From: an uncultured Flavobacteriaceae bacterium
GTDB taxonomy: Bacteria > Bacteroidota > Bacteroidia > Flavobacteriales > Flavobacteriaceae
DNA length: 64,000 nt
Assembly: GCA_943789305.1 (NCBI GenBank)
Contig: CALSTP010000002.1
Span: 21,173 to 85,172 of the forward strand
Direction: 5' to 3'
This document shows positions 19,835-29,414 of the stretch, piece by piece. The translations under genes were made by a program, and so were the position numbers. Numbering within the stretch: the first letter of the stretch is position 1; the number at the start of each line of letters is the position of its first letter. Under the pieces are notes generated by a model. That model made no database searches. It was not told the origin of the DNA and saw only the letters and a list, made by a program, of their open reading frames with translations.

Positions 19835-20385
19835 CAGTTATGAAAACAATTCAAACAAAAATTGAGGGATGTTGGTTGATTAAACCTAAAGTTATTGAAG
19901 ACTCACGAGGTTATTTTTATGAGAGTTTTCAAAAAGAACGTTTTGAACAAGCAACTCAGTCTTCATTTAATCCTATTCAGGACAACGAAGCTTATTCAAC
20001 TTATGGAGTAATTCGCGGATTGCATTTTCAAGAACCACCTTTTGAACAAGCAAAACTTATTCGTGCATTAAAAGGAACGATCTTAGATGTAGCAGTTGAT
20101 CTAAGAAAGGATAGCAAAACATACGGAGCAGTAGTTACAGCTGAATTGAGTCAAGAAAATAAAGATCAATTGTTTATTCCTAAAGGATGTGCTCACGGAT
20201 ATGCAGTTCTCAGCTATGATGCGATCGTTTTTTATAAAACAGATGCCTATTATTACCCTGAAAAAGAGGGAGGTGTTTTATACAACGACCCAGAATTCAA
20301 CATTGATTGGCGTATTCCAGAAAAAGATCAAATTTTGAGTGATAAAGACACTTTATGGAAAGGTTTTAAAAAGGAGATCCTGTGA
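19831..20385 (+). CDS. rfbC: dTDP-4-dehydrorhamnose 3,5-epimerase
   Basis: DSRGYFYE, RGLHFQ, DVAVDLR. Confidence 0.95.
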   Translation: MTVMKTIQTKIEGCWLIKPKVIEDSRGYFYESFQKERFEQATQSSFNPIQDNEAYSTYGVIRGLHFQEPPFEQAKLIRALKGTILDVAVDLRKDSKTYGAVVTAELSQENKDQLFIPKGCAHGYAVLSYDAIVFYKTDAYYYPEKEGGVLYNDPEFNIDWRIPEKDQILSDKDTLWKGFKKEIL

Positions 20386-21161
20386 AAAAAATTCTTGTTA
20401 CAGGAGCTGAAGGTCAATTAGGAAATACCCTTAAAGAAAAAGCTGGGTCTAGCAGAGACCAGTGGGTATTTTGCGGGAGAAAAGAATTTGATATTACAGA
20501 TTCAAAAGCGATGGCGGCTTTTTTAAAAGACAAGCAATTTGATTATTGTATCAATTGTGCTGCGTATACTAATGTTGTAAAAGCGGAATTAGAAGTAGAC
20601 CAAGCGCAGGCCATAAATGTTGAAGCAGTTAAAAAACTAGTTCATTTATGCAATCAAAGTCAAATTACTCTCATTCATATCTCTACAGATTATGTTTTCA
20701 ATGGCAACAAAAAAACACCATATTTGGAATCGGATGTCACTGCTCCATTAAATCAATACGGTAAAAGTAAATTATTTGGCGAACAGGAGATTCAACAAAA
20801 TTCAAGAGCATTTTATATTGTTAGAACCTCTTGGTTGTACAGCAAAACACTAGGAAAAAATTTTTATAACTCAATTTTGAGTAAAGCTAAAAAGGGAGAA
20901 TCGCTCTCTGTTGTGGATGATCAAATAGGAACTCCAACAAATGTTGATCATTTAGCAGCTTTTATTATGCGTTTAATTTCAAAAAAGCCTCCAAAAGGCT
21001 TGTATCATTTTTCGGATGAAAAAATAATGAGTTGGTTTGACCTAGCTATAAAAATTTTAAAAGAACACCAACTTGATAATACAGTTAATCCAATAGCTAC
21101 CTCAGAACCAGGAGTTGTACGACCGCATTACAGTCCAATTTTTTCAAATAAAAAGTTTTGA
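20382..21161 (+). CDS. rfbD: dTDP-4-dehydrorhamnose reductase
   Basis: GAEGQLG, NCAAYT, HISTDYVF, YGKSK. Confidence 0.93.
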   Translation: MKKILVTGAEGQLGNTLKEKAGSSRDQWVFCGRKEFDITDSKAMAAFLKDKQFDYCINCAAYTNVVKAELEVDQAQAINVEAVKKLVHLCNQSQITLIHISTDYVFNGNKKTPYLESDVTAPLNQYGKSKLFGEQEIQQNSRAFYIVRTSWLYSKTLGKNFYNSILSKAKKGESLSVVDDQIGTPTNVDHLAAFIMRLISKKPPKGLYHFSDEKIMSWFDLAIKILKEHQLDNTVNPIATSEPGVVRPHYSPIFSNKKF

Positions 21162-22009
21162 TAAAGTACAGTGTAATAATATCAGCTCATAACGAAGATA
21201 AGTTTTTAACGGGAATGCTTCAGACTATTTGTGAACAAACGGTTCTTGCATCCGAAATCCTCCTAGTGAATGACAATTCAACCGATGGTACAGAAGCAAT
21301 TATGCAAAGTTTTGCGTCTAAACACAAAAACATTACATACTTTAATCACAATTCATCTAAAGAACATTTGCCTGGAACTAAGGTGATCGAAGCTTTTTTA
21401 TTTGGATTTAAAAAGCTGAAAAGCCCCTTTGATGTAATTGTAAAAATGGATGCGGATATCCTTTTGCCAAAGAACTACTTTGAAGTATTGATGAACGTTT
21501 TCAAAGACAAAAAAACCGGAATCGCTGGAGGCTTTTGTTATGAGGAAGATTCTCAAGGAATATGGAAGTTAAATCACCCGATGGACCAGAACCATGTTCG
21601 CGGGGCTATAAAAGCCTATTCTAAAAAATGTTATTCAAAAATAGGAGGTCTTATTCCAGCAATGGGGTGGGACACCGCTGATGAGTTTTTGGCTTTATAT
21701 TTCGGCTTTGAAGTAAAAACTCTTGATAACCTTCACGTAAAACATTTAAGGCCCTTAGGAGCAGGATATGACCTAAAAGCAGATGAGCTGCAAGGAGCTG
21801 CTTTTTATGTATTGCGATATGGAAGAACCCTTACTTTTTTAGCAAGTTTGAAGAATGCCATCCTTAAAAAAAGTATTCTTTCTTTTTTAAAGTTGATGAA
21901 AGGCTATCAAAAAGCAAAGCGGGAACAACAACCTTTTTTGGTTGATTTAAATCAAGGAAAGTTTATTAGAACTTATCGCTGGAACAAGATTTTAAAAATC
22001 AGGGGCTAA
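21158..22009 (+). CDS. Glycosyltransferase family 2
   Basis: VNDNSTD, DAD, HVRGAIKAY, MGWDT. Confidence 0.88.
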   Translation: MIKYSVIISAHNEDKFLTGMLQTICEQTVLASEILLVNDNSTDGTEAIMQSFASKHKNITYFNHNSSKEHLPGTKVIEAFLFGFKKLKSPFDVIVKMDADILLPKNYFEVLMNVFKDKKTGIAGGFCYEEDSQGIWKLNHPMDQNHVRGAIKAYSKKCYSKIGGLIPAMGWDTADEFLALYFGFEVKTLDNLHVKHLRPLGAGYDLKADELQGAAFYVLRYGRTLTFLASLKNAILKKSILSFLKLMKGYQKAKREQQPFLVDLNQGKFIRTYRWNKILKIRG

Positions 22010-22026
22010 AAAAGGATGATGTGAAA

Positions 22027-23475
22027 ATGTCCGAAAAAAATCAATCTTACTGGATCAGTTGTAAAGAATGCCATGGAATGGGTAAAAAAAGACAAAGGCT
22101 TCGAAAGAAAATTCGACTCAATTATCAGAAAGAATTAGAGGAATTTGAAAAAATGAAAGACATAGGTTTAGCACCAACTCCTCCAAAAGGGCATTTGAAT
22201 TCCTGTAAAAATTGTTCAGGATCGGGATTACTTCCAGCAGGAAGTCTAACAGAACCGGACATAAAAAACTTTCCGCACATTGCAATTATTGGTTGTGGGA
22301 TAGGAGGAGTTGCTTTGGCTGTTGCATGTTTGCAACGACGAATACCTTTTACCCTTTATGAGCGTGACATCAATTTTAAAACACGCTCTCAAGGGTATGG
22401 TCTAACCCTTCAGCAAGCGAGTAAATTCACAGAAGCTTTTGGTCTGACCACTTTAATAGAAGGGGTTGTATCGACCCGACACATCGTTCACAACACCGAG
22501 GGGAAAGTCATGGGTGAATGGGGAATGAGAAAATGGCTAGAAACCAATTCTAAAAAACCTCTCAGACGAACCAACATTCATATTGCAAGACAGTCATTGC
22601 GGTCAAGTTTGCTTAAACAACTTGGGGGACATGATCAGGTAAGTTGGGGACATCAATTAATAGACTTTAAAGAAACTCGAGGAAAAGGAGTAGATTTAAC
22701 TTTTTGGGTAGGCAGAAAAATAAAAAAAGCAAAAGCGGATCTGGTGATAGGTGCTGATGGGATTCGAAGTTCGGTTAGAAAAATACTAATAGGAGAAGAA
22801 ATAACACCTTTACGATATTTAGATTGTATAGTAATTTTAGGCATTTGTCCTCTAGAGAAGCTCAAAAACCGCAACTATTCTTTATTGGATTCTGCAACAG
22901 TATTTCAAACTGCAAATGGGGATGAACGTATTTATATAATGCCTTTTTCTTCAGATGCTGTAATGTGGCAGTTGAGCTTTCCAATAAAAGAAAAAGAGGC
23001 TAAAAGGTTAAGTGTTCAAGGAGCTTCTGCACTCAAAAAGGAAGCTTGTCGAAGGGCACAATGGCATAAACCCATTCCACAGATTTTGGAAGCAACTGAT
23101 GAAACTCAAGTTTCAGGTTATCCCATTTATGATCGAAAATTGCTTCATCCTGATTTATTGGCAAAAGCGGGACAGACAACCTTAATTGGTGATGCAGCGC
23201 ACCCCATGAGCCCTTTCAAAGGCCAAGGAGCCAATCAAGCTTTGTTGGATGCCCTAGAATTAGCTCGAGCAATATCCAAAGGTTGTAGACCTAGTTCTCA
23301 ATGGAGATCAACAGGAATAAGAGCAAGCGTATTGAATTCTTTTGAATTAGAAATGTTAGAACGTACAGCTTCAAAAGTTAATGATTCTGCTGCTGCTGCT
23401 AAGTTTTTACATTCTGAGGTTGTACTTCAAGAAAAGGATGAGCCTAGAGGAACGTACCTCAAGAAAAAACCATAA
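22027..23475 (+). CDS. FAD-dependent monooxygenase with N-terminal CxxCxGxG zinc-finger pair
   Basis: GCGIGG, GADGIRS, LIGDAAHPMSPFKGQGANQALLDA; CKECHGMG and CKNCSGSG at the N-terminus. Confidence 0.85.
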   Translation: MSEKNQSYWISCKECHGMGKKRQRLRKKIRLNYQKELEEFEKMKDIGLAPTPPKGHLNSCKNCSGSGLLPAGSLTEPDIKNFPHIAIIGCGIGGVALAVACLQRRIPFTLYERDINFKTRSQGYGLTLQQASKFTEAFGLTTLIEGVVSTRHIVHNTEGKVMGEWGMRKWLETNSKKPLRRTNIHIARQSLRSSLLKQLGGHDQVSWGHQLIDFKETRGKGVDLTFWVGRKIKKAKADLVIGADGIRSSVRKILIGEEITPLRYLDCIVILGICPLEKLKNRNYSLLDSATVFQTANGDERIYIMPFSSDAVMWQLSFPIKEKEAKRLSVQGASALKKEACRRAQWHKPIPQILEATDETQVSGYPIYDRKLLHPDLLAKAGQTTLIGDAAHPMSPFKGQGANQALLDALELARAISKGCRPSSQWRSTGIRASVLNSFELEMLERTASKVNDSAAAAKFLHSEVVLQEKDEPRGTYLKKKP

Positions 23476-23613
23476 AAACTTAACAAAAGCTTTATGTTGA
23501 GTACTCAAAAATCAATTCATATGGCAGAAAAATTTTAGAATTCGACTCTTTCTTACAAACTACGGGTAACATTCCCGGAGTCTTTTTATATTTGTTGGGC
23601 TAAAAAGAAACAG

Positions 23614-24885
23614 ATGAATATTTTGATCATTGGCGGCGGCGGTCGCGAACACACTATTGCCTGGAAACTGTCACAAAGTAAACAATGTGAGCAACTTTTT
23701 GTAACTCCGGGAAATGCAGGAACCCATCAAATTGCCCAAAACCTTTCACTAGACGTCAATGATTTTCAAGGTATTAAGCAAGCAGTTATAGAAAACAACA
23801 TTCAGATGGTAATTGTTGGGCCAGAAGACCCATTAGTCAATGGAATACATGATTTCTTTTTAAGAGATATTAGCTTAAAGGAAGTAACGTTTGTGGGCCC
23901 TAGAAAAGCTGCTGCAACTTTAGAAGGGAGTAAAGAATTTGCCAAGGAGTTTATGAAAACTCACAACATTCCAACAGCACGATACGATAGTTTTACAGCC
24001 GAAACTGTAGAAGAAGGCTGTCTTTTTTTGGAAACAATGAAAGCACCATATGTATTGAAAGCTGACGGCCTGGCTGCCGGGAAAGGGGTATTAATTTTAG
24101 AAAACTTAACTGACGCGCAAAACGAATTGAGACAAATGTTAATCGGACAAAAATTTGGTCAGGCTTCAAAAAAAGTTGTTATCGAAGAATTCCTAAAGGG
24201 AATAGAGTTGTCTTGTTTTGTTTTGACAGACGGCAAAAACTATTTGACACTTCCCATGGCTAAAGACTATAAACGCATTGGAGAAGGAGATACAGGGCTT
24301 AATACAGGAGGAATGGGAGCCATTTCTCCTGTACCTTTTGCCTCTCCACAATTCATTAAGAAAATAGAAGATCGAATAATCAAACCGACAATGGATGGTT
24401 TTCAAAAAAGCAACCTACCATTTCAAGGTTTTGTTTTTATTGGACTGATTAAGGTTGGTGAAGATCCTTTTGTAATTGAATACAATGTACGGATGGGAGA
24501 TCCAGAAACTGAGGTTGTTTTTCCAAGAATTCAGAATGACTTGGTTGATCTTTTTAAAGCGGTTGGAACTCAAACTTTAGATCAACATCAATTGCAAATT
24601 GATCCAAGATCAGCAACCACTATTGTAGCGGTTTCGGGTGGATATCCAGAAGCGTATCAAAAAGGGAAAAACATAACGGGGATCTCTGAAGTAAAAACAA
24701 GCACTGTTTTTCATGCAGGAACACAAATGGGAGAAGGAATAGTAAAAACCTCAGGAGGAAGGGTATTAGCGGTTACTTCCTTTGGAAAAGACCATAATGA
24801 GGCACTTGAACAATCTTATAAAGCCTTAGGAAAAATTAATTTTCAGGGGATGTATTATCGAAAAGACTTAGGATTCGATTTATAA
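23614..24885 (+). CDS. purD: Phosphoribosylamine--glycine ligase
   Basis: GGGGREH, KADGLAAGKGV, NTGGMGA, RMGDPETE; promoter element TATATTTG at 23587. Confidence 0.97.
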   Translation: MNILIIGGGGREHTIAWKLSQSKQCEQLFVTPGNAGTHQIAQNLSLDVNDFQGIKQAVIENNIQMVIVGPEDPLVNGIHDFFLRDISLKEVTFVGPRKAAATLEGSKEFAKEFMKTHNIPTARYDSFTAETVEEGCLFLETMKAPYVLKADGLAAGKGVLILENLTDAQNELRQMLIGQKFGQASKKVVIEEFLKGIELSCFVLTDGKNYLTLPMAKDYKRIGEGDTGLNTGGMGAISPVPFASPQFIKKIEDRIIKPTMDGFQKSNLPFQGFVFIGLIKVGEDPFVIEYNVRMGDPETEVVFPRIQNDLVDLFKAVGTQTLDQHQLQIDPRSATTIVAVSGGYPEAYQKGKNITGISEVKTSTVFHAGTQMGEGIVKTSGGRVLAVTSFGKDHNEALEQSYKALGKINFQGMYYRKDLGFDL

Positions 24886-25107
24886 AAATGAGTGAGCAGA
24901 AGGGTCTTTATTTTCTTCCCCTTTATCATTAAAAATTTTCAATTGAATGGTCCAATAAACCAGTAATGAAAAGATAACGATTGCAAAAACCCAGTTGATA
25001 ATATTTGCCAACCACCAGTTATTAAGCTCGAGTTCTCTTAAGATGTTATAAGGTGAAAACAACACTTCTTCAAATAACCATGTAATAGCCTCAAAAAATT
25101 CCTTCAT
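24880..25107 (-). CDS. Small membrane protein (DUF6341-like)
   Basis: FFEAI..LFE.VLF.P...LR.LEL.NWW.AN.INW pattern; TAACTTTG promoter element upstream. Confidence 0.7.
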   Translation of the reverse strand: MKEFFEAITWLFEEVLFSPYNILRELELNNWWLANIINWVFAIVIFSLLVYWTIQLKIFNDKGEENKDPSAHSFL

Positions 25108-25194
25108 TTTTGTAAAATATAAATTTTATTACAAAGTTATAAAAAGCTTCTGTGAATCCAATGCTTTTGTTGAATTTAGCAAAAAAATATGCTT

Positions 25195-26094
25195 TTATGC
25201 TTTTACCTTAAACCAATAGCTTAGAAGCTTTTTCAAAATCCCACGTTTTATTTTAGAAAAAACAGAAAGAATGCTCAATTCAATAAAAGTTGAGCCAAAA
25301 ACAAGAGTGTGTGCCAAGAGTCTTGAAATACCCTTAAAGTGTTTTTGAATGTATTTGTGAGATGAAATTATAACTTCAGCTTTTGTTAAAATAGTTATGT
25401 CTGTTGTTTTTCTCGATGCTCCACCATGGTCATGAATACAATGCCAGTCGTTTAAGAGAACCCTTTTCATTCCTAGTTCTGATGCTCTTTTACTTAGGTC
25501 TATATCTTCATAATACATCCAGAAAAATTCATCCCAAGAAGTAAGCTTCTTAAAATCACTTAGACGAATTAGGACAAAAGCACCTGAAATCCAATCTGGG
25601 GAACCAACCGAGTTTGAATTTATTGCTTTTTTGGATTGAGTTCGGCGAATTATATTTCTTTCTAAACTTCTTAAAGGACCTAACACGTTTAAAGCATTTG
25701 GGAAAATTCCATAAGGAAAACAGTTTTCCCCATTACTTTTTATTTGTTTAATAGAAATTAGCTTGTAGTTTGGGTTTTTGTCACAGTGAGTGAGTAATCC
25801 TTCTAGACAATCGCTTGGAATTAGGGTATCGGGATTAAGAAACAACAACCACTTACTATCAGCCAGGCGAGCACCAGCATTACAACCATAGGAAAATCCA
25901 CCATTAATTTTTTCTTCTACCCAATCCACCCATGGAAATTGTTTTTTAAAATCAGATATTCTCCCATCATTTGAAAAATTATCTGAAACAATAACTTTTT
26001 TTATTGGGACGGTCTGCTTATCTAAGCTTTTAAGACATTTTGAGAGCATATCCCAACAGCGATAATTAACAATAACAACCGTTAAATCTAACAT
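25195..26094 (-). CDS. Glycosyltransferase family 2 (WbbL/rhamnosyltransferase-like)
   Basis: VVIVNY, GFSYGCN, LNPDT, MYYEDIDL. Confidence 0.85.
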   Translation of the reverse strand: MLDLTVVIVNYRCWDMLSKCLKSLDKQTVPIKKVIVSDNFSNDGRISDFKKQFPWVDWVEEKINGGFSYGCNAGARLADSKWLLFLNPDTLIPSDCLEGLLTHCDKNPNYKLISIKQIKSNGENCFPYGIFPNALNVLGPLRSLERNIIRRTQSKKAINSNSVGSPDWISGAFVLIRLSDFKKLTSWDEFFWMYYEDIDLSKRASELGMKRVLLNDWHCIHDHGGASRKTTDITILTKAEVIISSHKYIQKHFKGISRLLAHTLVFGSTFIELSILSVFSKIKRGILKKLLSYWFKVKA

Positions 26095-26339
26095 TAAATT
26101 AACATTTTACACTCCAAAGATAAATTAATATTTACGACAAAAAGTTAGCCCACAAACAAATATATAAAGCATTCGGTAAATTTAAATTAGCATCCAGACC
26201 ATGTATAAAAAACAATGTTTTACCTTTATATCTTAAATTTAAAGAATTCTTTTGGTTTAAAAAAGGGTTGAATAAAATTAGAAATAATGTTTACGAGAGT
26301 TTTTGAAAAAACTTCTTTACCCAAGATTAATTAAAAATC

Positions 26340-27275
26340 ATGTTTACAAGAATTTTTGGTAAAACCACTTTATTGAGTTATTTAATTGCCTTTGTATTGC
26401 TTTTTTTGGCAGTTTATTCGCATCACAAAGCTATTTTGCTAAACAATCCTCTGGAAGGGAGTACTTTTAAATTGATTATATCAACTGTTTTGTCGGTAAT
26501 TAGCTTATTATTCGTTGAATGGACGGTAAGGCGACAATCTTTGTTTCGGGAAGGGAGTTATCATTTACTATTATTTTCTGTCTTTTTTTGGATATTGCCA
26601 ATTAATCGCTGGGACATATGGCTTTGGATTGCTTCTTTACTTTTTTGGCTTAGTTTTATAAACATTATAAAATTTGATAATAATAAGCTGAGTAATAACT
26701 TTGTTTTCAATTCAGGCTTTTGGCTGGTTTTCTCGATCTTTTTTAAAGTTGACTTCTTTTATTTTTATCTGACGATATGGGGAGTCTTATATCTTAAAGG
26801 TCAGTTAAGTTTTAAAAATATATTAATTACCCTACTTCCTGTTTTTTGTGTCAGTGTTATTTGGCTTACGCTGTTAACACTCATTCCAAATTTTCCTTCT
26901 TTAAAAACGGCAAACCTAATACTCAATAAATTTTCTTTTTTGTGGAGTGAACGATATTCAGATAGTTTGGGATTGTTTTTAGTAATCATAACAATGATTC
27001 TGGTTGTTTTAAAATATTTTAAAATATTGACTTACAGTGGAAATAAACAAAAAAATAGTTTTTATAATATTATCTTAATTTTATTTTCCAGCATAATAAT
27101 AATTCTTTTAGGAGGAAGCGGGAATGTGATTTCCTGGATTTCCTTTTTGATGGTTACCTCAATTTTATCAACTCAGTTTTTTGAAAGTTTCAACAGGAAA
27201 TGGCTTGTAGAACTATTTTTTTTGGCCTACTTTTTAATTGTTTTTGAAAAAGAGATGACTAATTTATTATTTTAA
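26340..27275 (+). CDS. Multi-pass membrane protein (DUF6427-like)
   Basis: Many hydrophobic segments; MFTRIFGKT start; family call is tentative. Confidence 0.55.
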   Translation: MFTRIFGKTTLLSYLIAFVLLFLAVYSHHKAILLNNPLEGSTFKLIISTVLSVISLLFVEWTVRRQSLFREGSYHLLLFSVFFWILPINRWDIWLWIASLLFWLSFINIIKFDNNKLSNNFVFNSGFWLVFSIFFKVDFFYFYLTIWGVLYLKGQLSFKNILITLLPVFCVSVIWLTLLTLIPNFPSLKTANLILNKFSFLWSERYSDSLGLFLVIITMILVVLKYFKILTYSGNKQKNSFYNIILILFSSIIIILLGGSGNVISWISFLMVTSILSTQFFESFNRKWLVELFFLAYFLIVFEKEMTNLLF

Positions 27276-27288
27276 AAAAAACGCCTGC

Positions 27289-28266
27289 ATGATAATTCAT
27301 TTTCATTTTCATTTTAAAACTACAGGGGTAACAAGAAGTGTTGAAAGTATAGTTCCGTGTCTGAACAAACAAGAAGAAACAAAAATATTTGGGTATGGAA
27401 TTTCAAGTCATAAGATTTCTTTCGCAAAAGTTTTAAGAGCAGTTTTTTCTCTAGATAAAACGATAATTCATACCCACAGAAATAACGAAATGCTATTGGC
27501 ATTAATGCTGCGTCTCTTTGGAGGTAAATTCAAATTATGTTCTACTCGTCACGCAGATTCTGAGCCCTCTAGTTTTACTGATTATCTAATGTCTATGGCT
27601 GATTCACGGATTAGTTTAAGCAAGCAAATGGATCAAAAGTTAAAAACAGAAACTACCATCATCGGACATGGAGTTGACACAAATTATTTTATACCTAAAA
27701 AAGCTCTCGAAAACTCAAAAGATAAAATAATAAGTGTCGTAGGAAGAATTAGGAAATCCAAAGGGCAAAGAGATGTAATAGAAGCTGCCGTTCCTTTATT
27801 ACAAAAAAATCCAGAATGGAAAATACAATTTATTGGCACAGTAGATTCAGAAGCATATGCTCAAGAGATAAAAACAATAGCAAAAAAAAATTCTGTAGAA
27901 AATCAGCTTCAATTTATTTCACAAACCAATGAAATGAACGTTTACTATCAGAACAGCTCCGGAGTTATTATTGCTTCTTATACTGAGGGATTTTCTCTGG
28001 TTTGTTTAGAGGCCATGTCTTGTGGATGCATAACAATAGCAACTGATCAGGTAGGGATCCATTCTGAGGTGATAAAACACAATAAAAACGGATTTTTATA
28101 TCCGAAAGGCTCTATTAGTTCTTTAAGAGAAATTATTAAAAAAGTATTTGAAAACCCAGATCTTTTGGAAGGAAAACAAATTCGTCAGACGATATTAAAA
28201 AACTGGAGTAATGATGTTGCTTCTAAAAAACTATTTGAGCTTTACAATAAATTAAGGACAGCCTAA
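27289..28266 (+). CDS. Glycosyltransferase family 4 (LpsB/LpcC-like)
   Basis: HTHRNNEM, IGHGVDT, VGRIRKSKG, EGFSLVCLEAMSCG. Confidence 0.85.
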   Translation: MIIHFHFHFKTTGVTRSVESIVPCLNKQEETKIFGYGISSHKISFAKVLRAVFSLDKTIIHTHRNNEMLLALMLRLFGGKFKLCSTRHADSEPSSFTDYLMSMADSRISLSKQMDQKLKTETTIIGHGVDTNYFIPKKALENSKDKIISVVGRIRKSKGQRDVIEAAVPLLQKNPEWKIQFIGTVDSEAYAQEIKTIAKKNSVENQLQFISQTNEMNVYYQNSSGVIIASYTEGFSLVCLEAMSCGCITIATDQVGIHSEVIKHNKNGFLYPKGSISSLREIIKKVFENPDLLEGKQIRQTILKNWSNDVASKKLFELYNKLRTA

Positions 28267-28271
28267 AAAAG

Positions 28272-29312
28272 CTACACTTCATCATAATTGACAACTACTT
28301 TTGGAGAGGTAGGTACTGCTTGGCAGGTCAAAACCAATCCATCTTTAACCTCTTCATCCGTTAAAACCTGATTGTTAGCCATTGAAGCCGATCCCTCAGT
28401 GATTTTGGCAATACAACTGCAACAAACTCCACCTTGACACGAATAAGGGGCATCAATTTTTTGATTCAATGCAGCATCAAGAATTGTATTTGAATAGGAA
28501 CCTTCAATATTATAGGTACTATCATCGGCTATAATTTCTAGAGCAACTAGGTCAGAGGAGGAAGCGGCTTTTGAAGTTGATTTTTCTTTTGAAGCAGAAA
28601 AAAGTTCAAAGTAAACTTGAGTTTCTGAAATATCATTTTTCAGAAGAGTGTTTTTAACTTCAAAGATCATGGGTTCTGGACCACAGAGATAAAATGCTGT
28701 AGACAGTTGCCCTGTATTTTTGAGCACATATTTAACAATACTAGAATTGATTCGACCAAAACGGCCCTCTTTTTCATTCGATTGGCTGAAGAGCCAAAGT
28801 ATTTTTAGTTGTGAAGGATGCTCAGATTCTAATGTTTTTAATTCATCATAAAAAAGAGTTTGTTCAGGAGTTTTATTACCGTAGACTAGTGTAAAATGGG
28901 TATCCTTATCTGCATTTAATGTAGTTTTAAGAATTGAGAAAATGGGAGTAATCCCGCTACCTGCTGCAAAAGCAGTCACATTTTTGGAGTTATTATCATA
29001 AAGAAAACGCCCTTCGGGTTCAGCAACTTCTAGGGAATCCCCAACTTTTAATTTTTGAGTAGCATGAGTTGAAAAAAGACCGTCAGAAATCCGTTTAATT
29101 CCTACTTCGAGAAAGTTTTCAAATGGTGCAGAACACAAAGAATACGATCTTCTAATCTCTTTACCATTAAGGGTTGTTTTAAGATTAATGTACTGTCCCG
29201 ATTGAAATTGAAAACATTCTTTTAGTGAGGAAGGAACTTCAAAACCAATAGCCGATGCTTCAGATGTAAGCGCTTTGATGTTTTTTATTTTTAGCGTGTG
29301 ATATACTGCCAT
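28272..29312 (-). CDS. Ferredoxin--NAD(P) reductase with C-terminal 2Fe-2S domain (PaaE-like)
   Basis: RRSYSLCS, AAGSGITP, CGPEPM, CQGGVCCSC...LTC. Confidence 0.9.
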   Translation of the reverse strand: MAVYHTLKIKNIKALTSEASAIGFEVPSSLKECFQFQSGQYINLKTTLNGKEIRRSYSLCSAPFENFLEVGIKRISDGLFSTHATQKLKVGDSLEVAEPEGRFLYDNNSKNVTAFAAGSGITPIFSILKTTLNADKDTHFTLVYGNKTPEQTLFYDELKTLESEHPSQLKILWLFSQSNEKEGRFGRINSSIVKYVLKNTGQLSTAFYLCGPEPMIFEVKNTLLKNDISETQVYFELFSASKEKSTSKAASSSDLVALEIIADDSTYNIEGSYSNTILDAALNQKIDAPYSCQGGVCCSCIAKITEGSASMANNQVLTDEEVKDGLVLTCQAVPTSPKVVVNYDEV

Positions 29313-29414
29313 TGTTTTTTTTACAAAAATAATAAACCTAAAGAATTTCTTCTAAAATTGTAACATTATTTATATTTAGTCAACCAATTTTAAATTAACC
29401 ACAATGTTACATTA

